Below are positions 1 to 10,276 of a DNA stretch of 64,000 nucleotides, piece after piece. Every line of letters starts with the position of its first letter. The stretch's first letter is position 1. Source of the stretch: an uncultured bacterium (GTDB taxonomy: Bacteria; Krumholzibacteriota; Krumholzibacteriia; LZORAL124-64-63); the NCBI GenBank assembly GCA_963727525.1, contig CAVSGO010000007.1, forward strand, positions 256,001 to 320,000, in the 5' to 3' direction. Position numbers and translations under genes: made by a program. The notes beneath the pieces were generated by a model. The model did not search any database and was not told the origin of the DNA. It saw only the letters and a program-made list of their open reading frames with translations.

Positions 1-2
1 CG

Positions 3-740
3 TGGACCTGGCGACGCGCGCCTCGCCGGCGGGTCCGGTACCAGGCGCTGGGCTGCGGCGCCGTGCAATTCGGACTCATGTACGCCCTCTATATTACATC
101 GTACCAGTACCTGCCGGCCTACGGCGTGGCACTCTGGACGGTGACCACACCCCTCTTCGTGGTGTTTCTCGCCGACGCGCGCCGCCGACGTCTGGCGCGG
201 CGGCACGCGGCGGCGGCATTGCTCGCCGTCGCGGGTGCGGCCGTCGTGCTCGTGCACGGTTCGCCGGTCGCCGCGTGGCCAGGGGTCCTCCTGGTGCAGG
301 GCGCCAATCTCTGCTTTGCCGGCGGCCAGCTCGCCTATCCGCGCCTCGCGGTCGAGGGCACCGATGGACGGCTCGCCGGCGAGGTCGGGCTGCTCGGCTG
401 GATGTATCTGGGCGGTGCCGCATTCGCGGCGGCGGGTTTCATCATGCTTGGCGCGTCGGACGCGCCTACCATCGACGGCGGCGCCGCATTCGCCCTGATC
501 TACCTCGGTCTCGTGCCCACGGCCGTGGGATTCGCGCTCTGGAACCGAGGTGCGGCGCGGTCGAACCCCGGTATATTGGCCGTATCCAACAATCTCAAGG
601 TGCCGCTCGCCGTGCTGGTCGCGTGGGTGGTATTCGGCGAGCAAGCGCAGTACCTGCGAATGCTGCTGGGCCTGGCGTTGCTTGCCGCGGCAACGTTACT
701 CGCCACCGGGACTCGCCGTGCGTCGGCCGCAGGGCGCTGA
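3..740 (+). CDS. EamA/DMT family transporter (5' partial)
   Basis: Frame open from the window edge; multiple hydrophobic helices; QFGLMY and YLGLVPTAVGFALWN motifs. Confidence 0.8.
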   Translation, partial: WTWRRAPRRRVRYQALGCGAVQFGLMYALYITSYQYLPAYGVALWTVTTPLFVVFLADARRRRLARRHAAAALLAVAGAAVVLVHGSPVAAWPGVLLVQGANLCFAGGQLAYPRLAVEGTDGRLAGEVGLLGWMYLGGAAFAAAGFIMLGASDAPTIDGGAAFALIYLGLVPTAVGFALWNRGAARSNPGILAVSNNLKVPLAVLVAWVVFGEQAQYLRMLLGLALLAAATLLATGTRRASAAGR

Positions 741-763
741 CGCGCGATCGCAAAGGAGAGAGC

Positions 764-2341
<1,578 letters not shown>

Positions 2342-2363
2342 CCTGGATTCGGGGACGTCGAAC

Positions 2364-2400
2364 ATGCCAGCGGGGCTCCCGTCGGGAGCCCCGCTGGCAT
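2364..2400. terminator. 17-bp perfect hairpin between convergent genes
   Basis: ATGCCAGCGGGGCTCCC-gtc-GGGAGCCCCGCTGGCAT. Confidence 0.7.
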
Positions 2401-2422
2401 CAAGGACCGCGTGGTTCGGCGC

Positions 2423-3094
2423 CTACTCGAAAAGTGCCTTCACCGTGCTCCAGGTGCTGGGCTCGGTCGCTACGGGGCCGGTATCGCTCCCCGAGCCGAT
2501 CGTGCCGATGGCGAAGACTCCGGCAGGCGCGTTCGCGTCCTGGATGAAGTGCACCTCGATCCGATCGATGTTGTGAGGGTTGACGCTGGGGAACGCGGTC
2601 CAGGGGATGTAGTAGTCGCCCGTCGCTGTCAGCTGTGCGGACGCCGTATCCGAGGCGCCATCGGTGGTGAGCGTGATTTCCGCCGTGATGAACTGCCCGG
2701 GATTTCCGTCGGTGGAGCCCGAGTATCCCTCGATCACGAAGCCGGTCAGGGAGGAATTGCCCGCAAATTCCTCGTTCATGTCCACCGTGGCGCCGTAGAT
2801 CAGGGTGACCTCGCCGGTCTCGCCGGCGCCCGCTGCGTACTCGAGGCTGCCGCCGCTCGACGTGATGCCGCTCACTGTCGGTGAATCGGCGGTGCCGGTA
2901 TTCTTGACGAGCGTGACCCGGCGCTGACCGCCGATGACGGCCGCGGAGTAGTCCTGGGTGACCGTGACCGGTGGCAAGGTGGTGCCTAGGCCGAGGGTGA
3001 ACGCCATGCTCTGGAAATTGTCCGCGACCCTTGCGAAGGCCTGGCCGGTGATTGCGAGCGCCACGACGAGTAGCAGGGCTGTGACCTTGTTCAT
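2423..3094 (-). CDS. Secreted hypothetical protein with C-terminal TW..VK.LF tail
   Basis: Signal peptide MNKVTALLLVVALAITGQAFA; GAGGAG RBS; ends GPVATEPSTWSTVKALFE. Confidence 0.8.
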   Translation of the reverse strand: MNKVTALLLVVALAITGQAFARVADNFQSMAFTLGLGTTLPPVTVTQDYSAAVIGGQRRVTLVKNTGTADSPTVSGITSSGGSLEYAAGAGETGEVTLIYGATVDMNEEFAGNSSLTGFVIEGYSGSTDGNPGQFITAEITLTTDGASDTASAQLTATGDYYIPWTAFPSVNPHNIDRIEVHFIQDANAPAGVFAIGTIGSGSDTGPVATEPSTWSTVKALFE

Positions 3095-3273
3095 GTTGAC
3101 TCCTCTCGAACGGAGCGCGTTCGCTCAGGGCGAGGGTGGGGGTTTTCTTGACCTACCTGCAGCGGGTCCCGCATTATATCAGCACATGGCCGCCGGTTTC
3201 AAGCGTCATTGCGTGAAAATTTGATGGTCGATGCTGGACGTGCGTCGCGTCCCGTGGTTCCCAGGAGCTGCCG

Positions 3274-3954
3274 TTGCCACTCGCGATCTTGCATGAGGAC
3301 AATCATCTCCTGGGCGTGCTCAAGCCGGCCGGCCTGCTGTCGCAGGGCGACCACACCGGGGACCCGTCCGTCGTGGATGTCGCGAAGGTGTATCTGAAGG
3401 AACGCTACGCCAAGCCCGGCAACGTCTTTCTCGGACTCGTGCATCGCCTCGACCGGCCGGTCTCCGGAGTGATGGTCCTGGCGCGTACGAGCAAGGCCGC
3501 CTCGCGGCTGGCGGCGCAATTCCGCGACGGCACCGTGGACAAGCGCTACCTCGCCATCGTCCGCGGGCGGCTGCCGCTGCCGCGGGGCGAGCTAGCGGCC
3601 CACCTGGCGGCCACGGGTGACACACACGGCGTGACCCGGGCAGCCCGCAGCGGATTTCCCGGCTCGCGCCCCGCTTTGCTGCGCTACCGGGTCCTCGATC
3701 AGGCGCGCGACGTCACCCTCATCGAGATCGAGTTGCTCACGGGCCGGCGCCACCAGATCCGGGCGCAGTTCGCGCTCGAGGGATGTCCGGTACGCGGCGA
3801 CGTGAAGTACGGCGCGGCCGCGACAGCCGACGGTCAGCTCGCGCTCCACGCCCAGCGGCTGGAGTTCGCGCATCCGGTGGGGGGAAAGCCAGTGGTGCTG
3901 CAGGCGCCACCGCCATGGTGCTGGCCGCCGGCGGACACCACGGCGGAGCTTTAA
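3274..3954 (+). CDS. RluA-family RNA pseudouridine synthase
   Basis: KPAG, HRLDRPVSG, TGRRHQIR, GDVKYG, LHA motifs; TTG start with AGGAG RBS. Confidence 0.92.
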   Translation: MPLAILHEDNHLLGVLKPAGLLSQGDHTGDPSVVDVAKVYLKERYAKPGNVFLGLVHRLDRPVSGVMVLARTSKAASRLAAQFRDGTVDKRYLAIVRGRLPLPRGELAAHLAATGDTHGVTRAARSGFPGSRPALLRYRVLDQARDVTLIEIELLTGRRHQIRAQFALEGCPVRGDVKYGAAATADGQLALHAQRLEFAHPVGGKPVVLQAPPPWCWPPADTTAEL

Positions 3955-4019
3955 CTTCGCGCGCCGAGCGCCTATCTTGAACCGGTTCCAGCGGCAAGGA
4001 CTCCAACCTGGACACGCCC

Positions 4020-5165
4020 ATGCCCGATCTCGACGTCACGATCATCGGCGGCGGCATCGTCGGCTGCGCCGTCGCGGCCGCGACGGCGTCGCGCGGCCTG
4101 ACCACCGTACTGCTCGAGCGCGAGGGTGCTCTCGCCCGTGGCACCACCAGCCGCAACAGCGAGGTGGCCCATGGCGGTATGTACTATCCCACGGGCTCGG
4201 CCAAGGCGCGTCTTTGCGTGCGCGGCCGCCGATTGCTCAGGGAGTTCTGCATGACCCACGGGGTGCGTTACCGTGAGTGCGGCAAGCTCATCGTGGCTGT
4301 GGCGCCGGCGGAGATCCCCGAGCTCGAACGCCTCTTCGCGCTGGGCACGGCGAACGACGTGGAGGATCTTGCCTTGCTCGATCGCGCCGAGGTGGCGAGC
4401 CTCGAGCCCGAGATCCGCGCGGTGGCGGCGCTCTACTCGCCACGCACGGCCGTTCTCGACGCCGAGGGTGCCACCCGTGCTTACGGCCGGGCGGCTCGCG
4501 ACTCCGGCGCCGAGATCATGACGGGTAGCGAGGTCGTGGGCCTGAAGCCGACGCGTGCTGGCTGGCGCGTCGAGGTGCAACCGCCGGTCGGGTCGGACCG
4601 GCAGGGCTGGGTGCACACGAGCCGCTGGGTCGTCAATGCCGCCGGCCTGTACGCCGACCGCGTGGCCGCTCTGGCGGGAATCGACGTCGATGTCCGGGGC
4701 TGGCGACTGCGCTGGGTGAAGGGCAACTACATCGGCATCTCGCCGCGTCACGATGGGCGCGTACGCCGCCTCGTGTATCCGGTGCCTCCGCGCGACGGCT
4801 CGAGTCTCGGCATCCACCTCTGCATCGACGTGGCCGGCCAGATGCGCCTGGGGCCGGACGTGGAGCCGCTGCCGCCACAGACGCGGGAAGACTACCGCGT
4901 CGATCCGCTGCGCCAGGAGGCGTTCTTCGCCTCCGCCAGCACCTTCCTGCCGTTCCTGCAGCGCGAGGATCTCTCGCCGGCCATGTGCGGCCTGCGCCCG
5001 CGTTTCGCCGTGGCCGGTGCGGGCGGGTTCCGCGACTTCGTCATCCGGCACGAGTCGGACGACCGGCAAGGGCTGGTCAATCTCCTGGGCATCGAGTCGC
5101 CGGGCCTCACCGCGGCCGCGGCAATCGCCGAGGAGATCGGCGACGCTCTGATCTCGAGCCGTTGA
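4020..5165 (+). CDS. FAD-dependent oxidoreductase (LhgO/DAO family)
   Basis: IIGGGIVG, TTSRNSEVAHGG, NAAGLYAD, IESPGLT. Confidence 0.88.
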   Translation: MPDLDVTIIGGGIVGCAVAAATASRGLTTVLLEREGALARGTTSRNSEVAHGGMYYPTGSAKARLCVRGRRLLREFCMTHGVRYRECGKLIVAVAPAEIPELERLFALGTANDVEDLALLDRAEVASLEPEIRAVAALYSPRTAVLDAEGATRAYGRAARDSGAEIMTGSEVVGLKPTRAGWRVEVQPPVGSDRQGWVHTSRWVVNAAGLYADRVAALAGIDVDVRGWRLRWVKGNYIGISPRHDGRVRRLVYPVPPRDGSSLGIHLCIDVAGQMRLGPDVEPLPPQTREDYRVDPLRQEAFFASASTFLPFLQREDLSPAMCGLRPRFAVAGAGGFRDFVIRHESDDRQGLVNLLGIESPGLTAAAAIAEEIGDALISSR

Positions 5166-5188
5166 ACTCTCGACGAGGAGACCCCGCC

Positions 5189-5572
5189 GTGAAGGAGTAC
5201 CAGAAGATCACCCTGCTGCCGCGCGACACCAATGGCCGCGGCACCATCTTCGGCGGCGTCATCATGAGCGCCATCGACCTCGCCGGCGCGGTATGCGCGC
5301 GCGATCACTTCGCCAATCGAGACTTCGTGACCGTCTTCGTGCATGAGATGGAATTCCACGCGCCGGTCTACGTGGGCGACCTGCTCACGCTGCGCGGCGA
5401 GCTCGTGCGCGCGGGACGCACGTCCGTGACGGTGAAGATCGTGGCCGAGGCCGAACGGTACGACACGGCCGAGACCGTCACCGTGACGGAGGGCTTGCTG
5501 GTCTACGTCGCGGTCGACGAGCGCGGGCAGAAGACGCCCCTGCGGCCACGGGAGCCGCGACCGTGTGGATAG
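5189..5572 (+). CDS. Acyl-CoA thioesterase (hotdog fold)
   Basis: DTNGRGTIFGG, GRTS, YVAVDE; GAGGAG RBS before GTG. Confidence 0.88.
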   Translation: MKEYQKITLLPRDTNGRGTIFGGVIMSAIDLAGAVCARDHFANRDFVTVFVHEMEFHAPVYVGDLLTLRGELVRAGRTSVTVKIVAEAERYDTAETVTVTEGLLVYVAVDERGQKTPLRPREPRPCG

Positions 5573-6339
5573 CCCTGGTCATCGCTCTCCTGCTCGTGGT
5601 TGCCTGGCCCACCGGGCGCCCCCGGCGGCGGGGCCGTCCGGTCCTGCGCGACACCGGCCCGCAATGGCGAAGCATGTATGGTCGGCGCGCGCTGCTGCGC
5701 TACGGCATCGGTCTCGGCGTGGCGGCGGTGCTCGCCTACAGCGGTGCCGACGAGGCTTTCGATCGGTGGCATACGCGGGCCCTCGACGTGCGCGAGGGCC
5801 GTGGTGGCAACGCGCAGCCGCCCAGCCCGAGCGACCGCGTCGCCGCCGCGGTGAAGCCGGCCGGCGAACGTTGGTGGTTCCTGGTTTGGCTGCTCACGGC
5901 CGTGGCCGACTGGCGCTGGCGCTCCACCGCATTCACGCGCTGGGGGCGCGCCAACTTCGAGGCGCTCTGCGTCGGATTGCCGCTGCTGTGGGCCACGCAG
6001 TACGGGCTGGGGGCGAACCGACCCAGCAGCCGCGGCGGCAGTCCGCGCTGGCGGCCGTTCCAGAACGCGAACTCGGCGAGTGGCCACGCCATGCTCGGCG
6101 CCGTACCGTGGTGGACGCTGGCGCAGCGGCTGCCCGACACCGTGACACGGTCGCTGACGCGGGGGCTCGGCTTGGTGACCGGCTGGTCGCGGCTGAACGA
6201 TCGCAAGCATTACCTCTCCCAGGTGCTGTTGGGCTGGCTGATCGCGGCGAACGCCGTCGCGGCGGTGTCGCAGGAAGGCGAGGAGCGCGATGACAGGTGT
6301 CGATCTGCCTCTGGAGAGTCCAGGCTTCCGCATCCGTGA
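5563..6339 (+). CDS. PAP2-family phosphatase-like membrane protein
   Basis: RP..SGH..SRLNDRKHYLSQV motifs. Confidence 0.75.
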   Translation: MWIALVIALLLVVAWPTGRPRRRGRPVLRDTGPQWRSMYGRRALLRYGIGLGVAAVLAYSGADEAFDRWHTRALDVREGRGGNAQPPSPSDRVAAAVKPAGERWWFLVWLLTAVADWRWRSTAFTRWGRANFEALCVGLPLLWATQYGLGANRPSSRGGSPRWRPFQNANSASGHAMLGAVPWWTLAQRLPDTVTRSLTRGLGLVTGWSRLNDRKHYLSQVLLGWLIAANAVAAVSQEGEERDDRCRSASGESRLPHP

Positions 6340-6844
6340 GTACCGCGAGGACGACGCCGAGAACATCGTCAGGCTGGGCGGCAACTACCAGATCTGGCGC
6401 CATCTGGGCGATGCCTTCCCGTTTCCCTACACGCACGAGAAAGCGCTCGCGTGGCTCCACGAGGTCGCGGCCCAAGATCCCACCACGTGCTTCGCCATCG
6501 CCGATCCCGAGAACCGACTCTGTGGCGGTGTCGGCGTGATGCTGAAATCCGAACCCAACTACGCGCACGATGGCGAGATCGGCTACTGGCTCGGTCGCCA
6601 GTACTGGAACCAGGGCATCGCGACGGCCGCCGTGCGCGCCTTTACGGCCTGGGTACGCGCCGCCTACGGATTGCAGCGCGTCTCGGCCCGGGTCTTCGCG
6701 ACCAATACTGCGTCCGCACGGGTGCTGCAGAAGTGCGGCTTCCGGCTCGAGGGAACGCTGCGCCAGGGTGTACGCAAGGAGGATCGATACCTCGACCTGC
6801 TGGTCTTCGGGCACCTGCCCGGCGACGGTCACTCGGACACCTGA
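6290..6844 (+). CDS. GNAT RimJ/RimL-family N-acetyltransferase
   Basis: EIGYWLGRQYWNQGIAT, NTASARVLQKCGFRLEG. Confidence 0.92.
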   Translation: MTGVDLPLESPGFRIREYREDDAENIVRLGGNYQIWRHLGDAFPFPYTHEKALAWLHEVAAQDPTTCFAIADPENRLCGGVGVMLKSEPNYAHDGEIGYWLGRQYWNQGIATAAVRAFTAWVRAAYGLQRVSARVFATNTASARVLQKCGFRLEGTLRQGVRKEDRYLDLLVFGHLPGDGHSDT

Positions 6845-6863
6845 CCCTCTGGCCCGAAACACA

Positions 6864-6891
6864 GCGGGCGTAGCCTCGCGGCTACGCCCGC
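6864..6891. terminator. Hairpin between convergent genes
   Basis: GCGGGCGTAGCC-tcgc-GGCTACGCCCGC. Confidence 0.6.
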
Positions 6892-6923
6892 ACGCGGACG
6901 TGGGAGTGGATGGGATCAGCCGG

Positions 6924-8201
6924 TCAGGCGCCGACCTGCTGCTTCACCCATTCGACGGTGACGGTCTTCGGCCGCTCGATCGGAGCCATCATGGCGCGGT
7001 TCCATACGAGCTGCGCACACATGCCCATGGCACGCGACACCGAGAACATGACCGTATAATATGGGAACTCCGTCATGCCGTAATGATACAGCACGGCGCC
7101 GCTGCCCGCGTCGACGTTCGGCCACGGGTTCTTCGCCTTGCCCTGCGCGGTGAGCACCTTCGGCACGACGTTGAATACGAGGTCGACCATCTGCACCAGC
7201 GGATCGTCCGGGAAATGCTTCAGCCCGAACGCGCGCAACGCGGTGAAGCGCGGGTCGGTGACGCGCAGCACGGCATGGCCGTAGCCCGGGATCACGCGGC
7301 CGGCATTGAGCGTATCCCACGCCACTTTCTCGAGCTGCTCGGCCGTGGGTACACCGCCGAACTGCTTCATCATCTCGAGCACCCAGCCCAGGCATTCCTG
7401 GTTGGCCAGGCCGTGCAACGGACCGGCCAGGCCATTCAGGCCAGCGGAGATCGAGTAATATGCATCGCTCAGCGCCGAACTTACAAGGTTGGTCGTGTGC
7501 GCCGACACGTTGCCGCCTTCATGGTCGCAGTGCAACACGAGATACAGACGCACGGCGTCGGCCGCTTCCTTGTGCTTCTTCGTCAGGCCCAGCATATGCG
7601 CGAAGTTCTCGGCGTAGCTGAGGCCCTTCTTCGGGGCGATGCGCGGCCCTTTCTTGAAGCGCATGCGATACACGCCCGCCGCGATCGTGGCGATGCGCGC
7701 CTGGATCGTGAGGCAGTCCTCGAGCATCGGCTGCCACATCTCGGTCTTCGGTACGCCCTTGTTGTAGGCTTTCACGAACTCGCTCTCACGCTGCATGCAC
7801 AGGATGGCGGTGTCGAGCATCGTCATCGGATGCGAGTTCGCCGGCATCGCTTCGAGCACTTTCCATATATAGGCCGGCACGCGTGCGCGTGACGCGAATT
7901 CCTCTTGCAGCGCCTTGCGGTCCTTCGCGTTCGGCAGCTCGCCCGTGCAGAGCAGGTAGAAGATGTCTTCCGGCGTCTTCGCCGTGAGTTCGGCCAGCGG
8001 GATCCCGCGGATGATGAGCCCCTTCTCCGGAGGCACGACGCTCGTGTCGCAGATCATGCCCTTGACGCCACGCATGCCACCGAAGGCCTGGCCCACGGTC
8101 ACCTCACTGATGACCTTGTCGCCGTGCGCCTTCACCAGCGCGCCGACGTCTTCGCGCCAGACCGGAATCTTTTTCGCCAGAGCGTTCTGCAGCTTCGCCA
8201 T
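6924..8201 (-). CDS. gltA: Citrate (Si)-synthase, eukaryote-like type
   Basis: GGMRG, DHEGGNVSAH, GPLHGLANQE, PGYGHAVLRVTDPR, WPNVDA. Confidence 0.95.
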   Translation of the reverse strand: MAKLQNALAKKIPVWREDVGALVKAHGDKVISEVTVGQAFGGMRGVKGMICDTSVVPPEKGLIIRGIPLAELTAKTPEDIFYLLCTGELPNAKDRKALQEEFASRARVPAYIWKVLEAMPANSHPMTMLDTAILCMQRESEFVKAYNKGVPKTEMWQPMLEDCLTIQARIATIAAGVYRMRFKKGPRIAPKKGLSYAENFAHMLGLTKKHKEAADAVRLYLVLHCDHEGGNVSAHTTNLVSSALSDAYYSISAGLNGLAGPLHGLANQECLGWVLEMMKQFGGVPTAEQLEKVAWDTLNAGRVIPGYGHAVLRVTDPRFTALRAFGLKHFPDDPLVQMVDLVFNVVPKVLTAQGKAKNPWPNVDAGSGAVLYHYGMTEFPYYTVMFSVSRAMGMCAQLVWNRAMMAPIERPKTVTVEWVKQQVGA

Positions 8202-8411
8202 GATACACGTCCTCCCACGTCTACCCCGAGCCCGGGGCCGGATCGCAGCTCCCCGTTGAACCGCGATGCGGACATCCTACTCTCCTGGAAGGTGAAGTCA
8301 ACCACGAGCGGCGGCCCGGTGCGATTTGCTTTCGTTCTGGAAACCAACCGACTTTCCACCTACCTTTGAGTGCGAGAATCTGGCCGCGATCCCGTGCGTG
8401 AGGAGGATGGG

Positions 8412-8942
8412 ATGACCGATCAATTGAAGAAGTGCCTCGTGATCTTCGACCAGGCGATCAAATTCGAGGAAACGGGTATGGCTTTCTTCGAGGAACGCGC
8501 CGCCAAGGCGGAGAGCGCGCTCGAGCGCAACCTGTTCCACGCCCTGGCCAAGGACGAGCTTGGCCACAAGAAATACCTGCTGCAACTGCGTGACGAACTC
8601 CTGCGTGAGAACGATCTGGAGGCCATGAGCCCCGTATCCGGGCAGCATGCGACGGCCCGTGAGATCTTCGAGAGCGCCATGTCCGGCGCGCAGGATCCGT
8701 ACGAGTACGAGAGCGATCAGCTCCGGATCCTCGACGGGGCCATGGACGTCGAGCGCAAGGGCTACACGCTGTACATCAATGCGGTGAACAGCGTCGAGTC
8801 GCCGCGCGCCAAGGCCGTTTTCCAGCACCTGGCGGGCGAGGAGCAGAAGCACTACAACCTGCTCAAGAACACGTACGACTACATGGCCGACCCCGAGGCC
8901 TGGCACGGGTTCGACGAGAGCCCGATGCTCGACGGCGGCTAG
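8412..8942 (+). CDS. Rubrerythrin/ferritin-like diiron protein
   Basis: Duplicated E..Y..ExxH pattern (DELGH, EEQKH); AGGAGG RBS. Confidence 0.88.
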   Translation: MTDQLKKCLVIFDQAIKFEETGMAFFEERAAKAESALERNLFHALAKDELGHKKYLLQLRDELLRENDLEAMSPVSGQHATAREIFESAMSGAQDPYEYESDQLRILDGAMDVERKGYTLYINAVNSVESPRAKAVFQHLAGEEQKHYNLLKNTYDYMADPEAWHGFDESPMLDGG

Positions 8943-9027
8943 TCGCATCGTCATGGCGCGACGTTCGGCGGCTGCCCTCGCGGGCGGCCGCCTTGTTTCT
9001 GATTTCTGCCATTCATGAGGGGGAACC

Positions 9028-10071
9028 GTGCCGCTCTCCGCGCCCGAACGCTCGCGCTACTTCGCCGACACGATCGCCATGGCACCCATGGCGCAGGGGG
9101 GCAACCTGCCCTATCGGCGCCTGTGCCGCGAATTCGGCGCCGACCTCACCTGCAGCGAGATGGTGATCGCCGACAAGCTCGTCAAGGGTGGTGAGGGGCC
9201 GCTGCTGCGCCACCACCCGAGCGAGGAGACCTTCGGTGTGCAGCTCTGCGGCATGCGTCCCTCCGTCGTCGCCGAGGCGGCTCGCATCGCGGTGGACCGT
9301 GGCGCGCGCTTCATCGACCTGAACTTCGGCTGTCCGATCGACCTCGTCGTGCGCCGTGGCGCGGGTTCAGCGCTCATGAAGAAGCCGCGCAAGCTGGCCG
9401 AGGTGGTGGCCGCCGTGCGGGAGGCGGTGGAGGTGCCGCTGTCGGCGAAGATCCGCACGGGCTACACGGAGGAGCGTCAGAACGCAGTCGAGGTGGCCCT
9501 GGCCGCCCAGGATGCGGGGGCCGACGCGCTGGCGATCCACGGCCGCACGCGGCAGCAGCGTTACAAGCGAAGCGCGAACTGGAACGTCATTGCCGACGTG
9601 GCCGGGGCGCTCACCATTCCCGTGCTCGGCAACGGCGACCTGCTCACGCCGTGGGACCTCGACCGCCGCCGCGGCGAGACGCCGGTGCGCGGATTCATGA
9701 TCGCGCGCGGTTGCCTCATCAAGCCGTGGGTCTTTCGCGAGCTGCGTAGCGGCGAGGCCTGGGTGCCCACGGTTGCCGAGCGCTGGGCCGTGATGCGACG
9801 CTACCTCGACTACGCGCTCGAGTACTTCGGCGACGACGACAAGGGGCAGCAGCGCGCCCACCGTTTCCTGATCTGGCATCTCCATTTCTGGCCACGCTGG
9901 CGGCCATACACCGAGGCCGACTATCAGGCGCACCTGCCCGAATCGCTCATCCAGCGCCGTGACGACGAGGTTGTCGGCGATCCCGACCTGGTACTGCTCG
10001 CAAGCGACGACGAGGCCGATCACGAGCGCATCTGGCGACGCCTCCTTGACAGCGATTACCCGGGAGCCTAG
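9028..10071 (+). CDS. tRNA-dihydrouridine synthase (Dus3-like)
   Basis: APM, DLNFGCP, GAGSAL, HGRTRQQRY, GNGD, MIARGCLIKPW. Confidence 0.92.
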   Translation: MPLSAPERSRYFADTIAMAPMAQGGNLPYRRLCREFGADLTCSEMVIADKLVKGGEGPLLRHHPSEETFGVQLCGMRPSVVAEAARIAVDRGARFIDLNFGCPIDLVVRRGAGSALMKKPRKLAEVVAAVREAVEVPLSAKIRTGYTEERQNAVEVALAAQDAGADALAIHGRTRQQRYKRSANWNVIADVAGALTIPVLGNGDLLTPWDLDRRRGETPVRGFMIARGCLIKPWVFRELRSGEAWVPTVAERWAVMRRYLDYALEYFGDDDKGQQRAHRFLIWHLHFWPRWRPYTEADYQAHLPESLIQRRDDEVVGDPDLVLLASDDEADHERIWRRLLDSDYPGA

Positions 10072-10074
10072 AGT

Positions 10075-10245
10075 GCGCGGGTAGTCGACGGCCTGTCGAC
10101 CAGCGGAAGTCCGGTGAGAATCCGGCGCGGCCCCGCCACTGTGAGCGGCGACGAAACCTGCACGACAGCCACTGGATGCCCGCGGGGCATCCGGGAAGGC
10201 GCAGGCGGTAGGACGACCCGCAAGCCAGGAAACCGGTTCCAGGCC
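10075..10245 (+). ncRNA. Cobalamin riboswitch (boundaries approximate)
   Basis: GGAAgtccGGTGAGAATCCGG..CCCCGCCACTGT, GCCACTGG..GGGAAGGC and B12-box-like AGCCAGGAAACCGG, directly upstream of a TonB receptor. Confidence 0.92.
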
Positions 10246-10276
10246 CTGTCCGTCACCTTCGCGGGCGAGGTACGGC

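Noticed and set aside
2-763. N-terminal extension of the 779-aa pckA ORF
   Set aside because: It overlaps the EamA gene in another frame; the real RBS and ATG are at 764.
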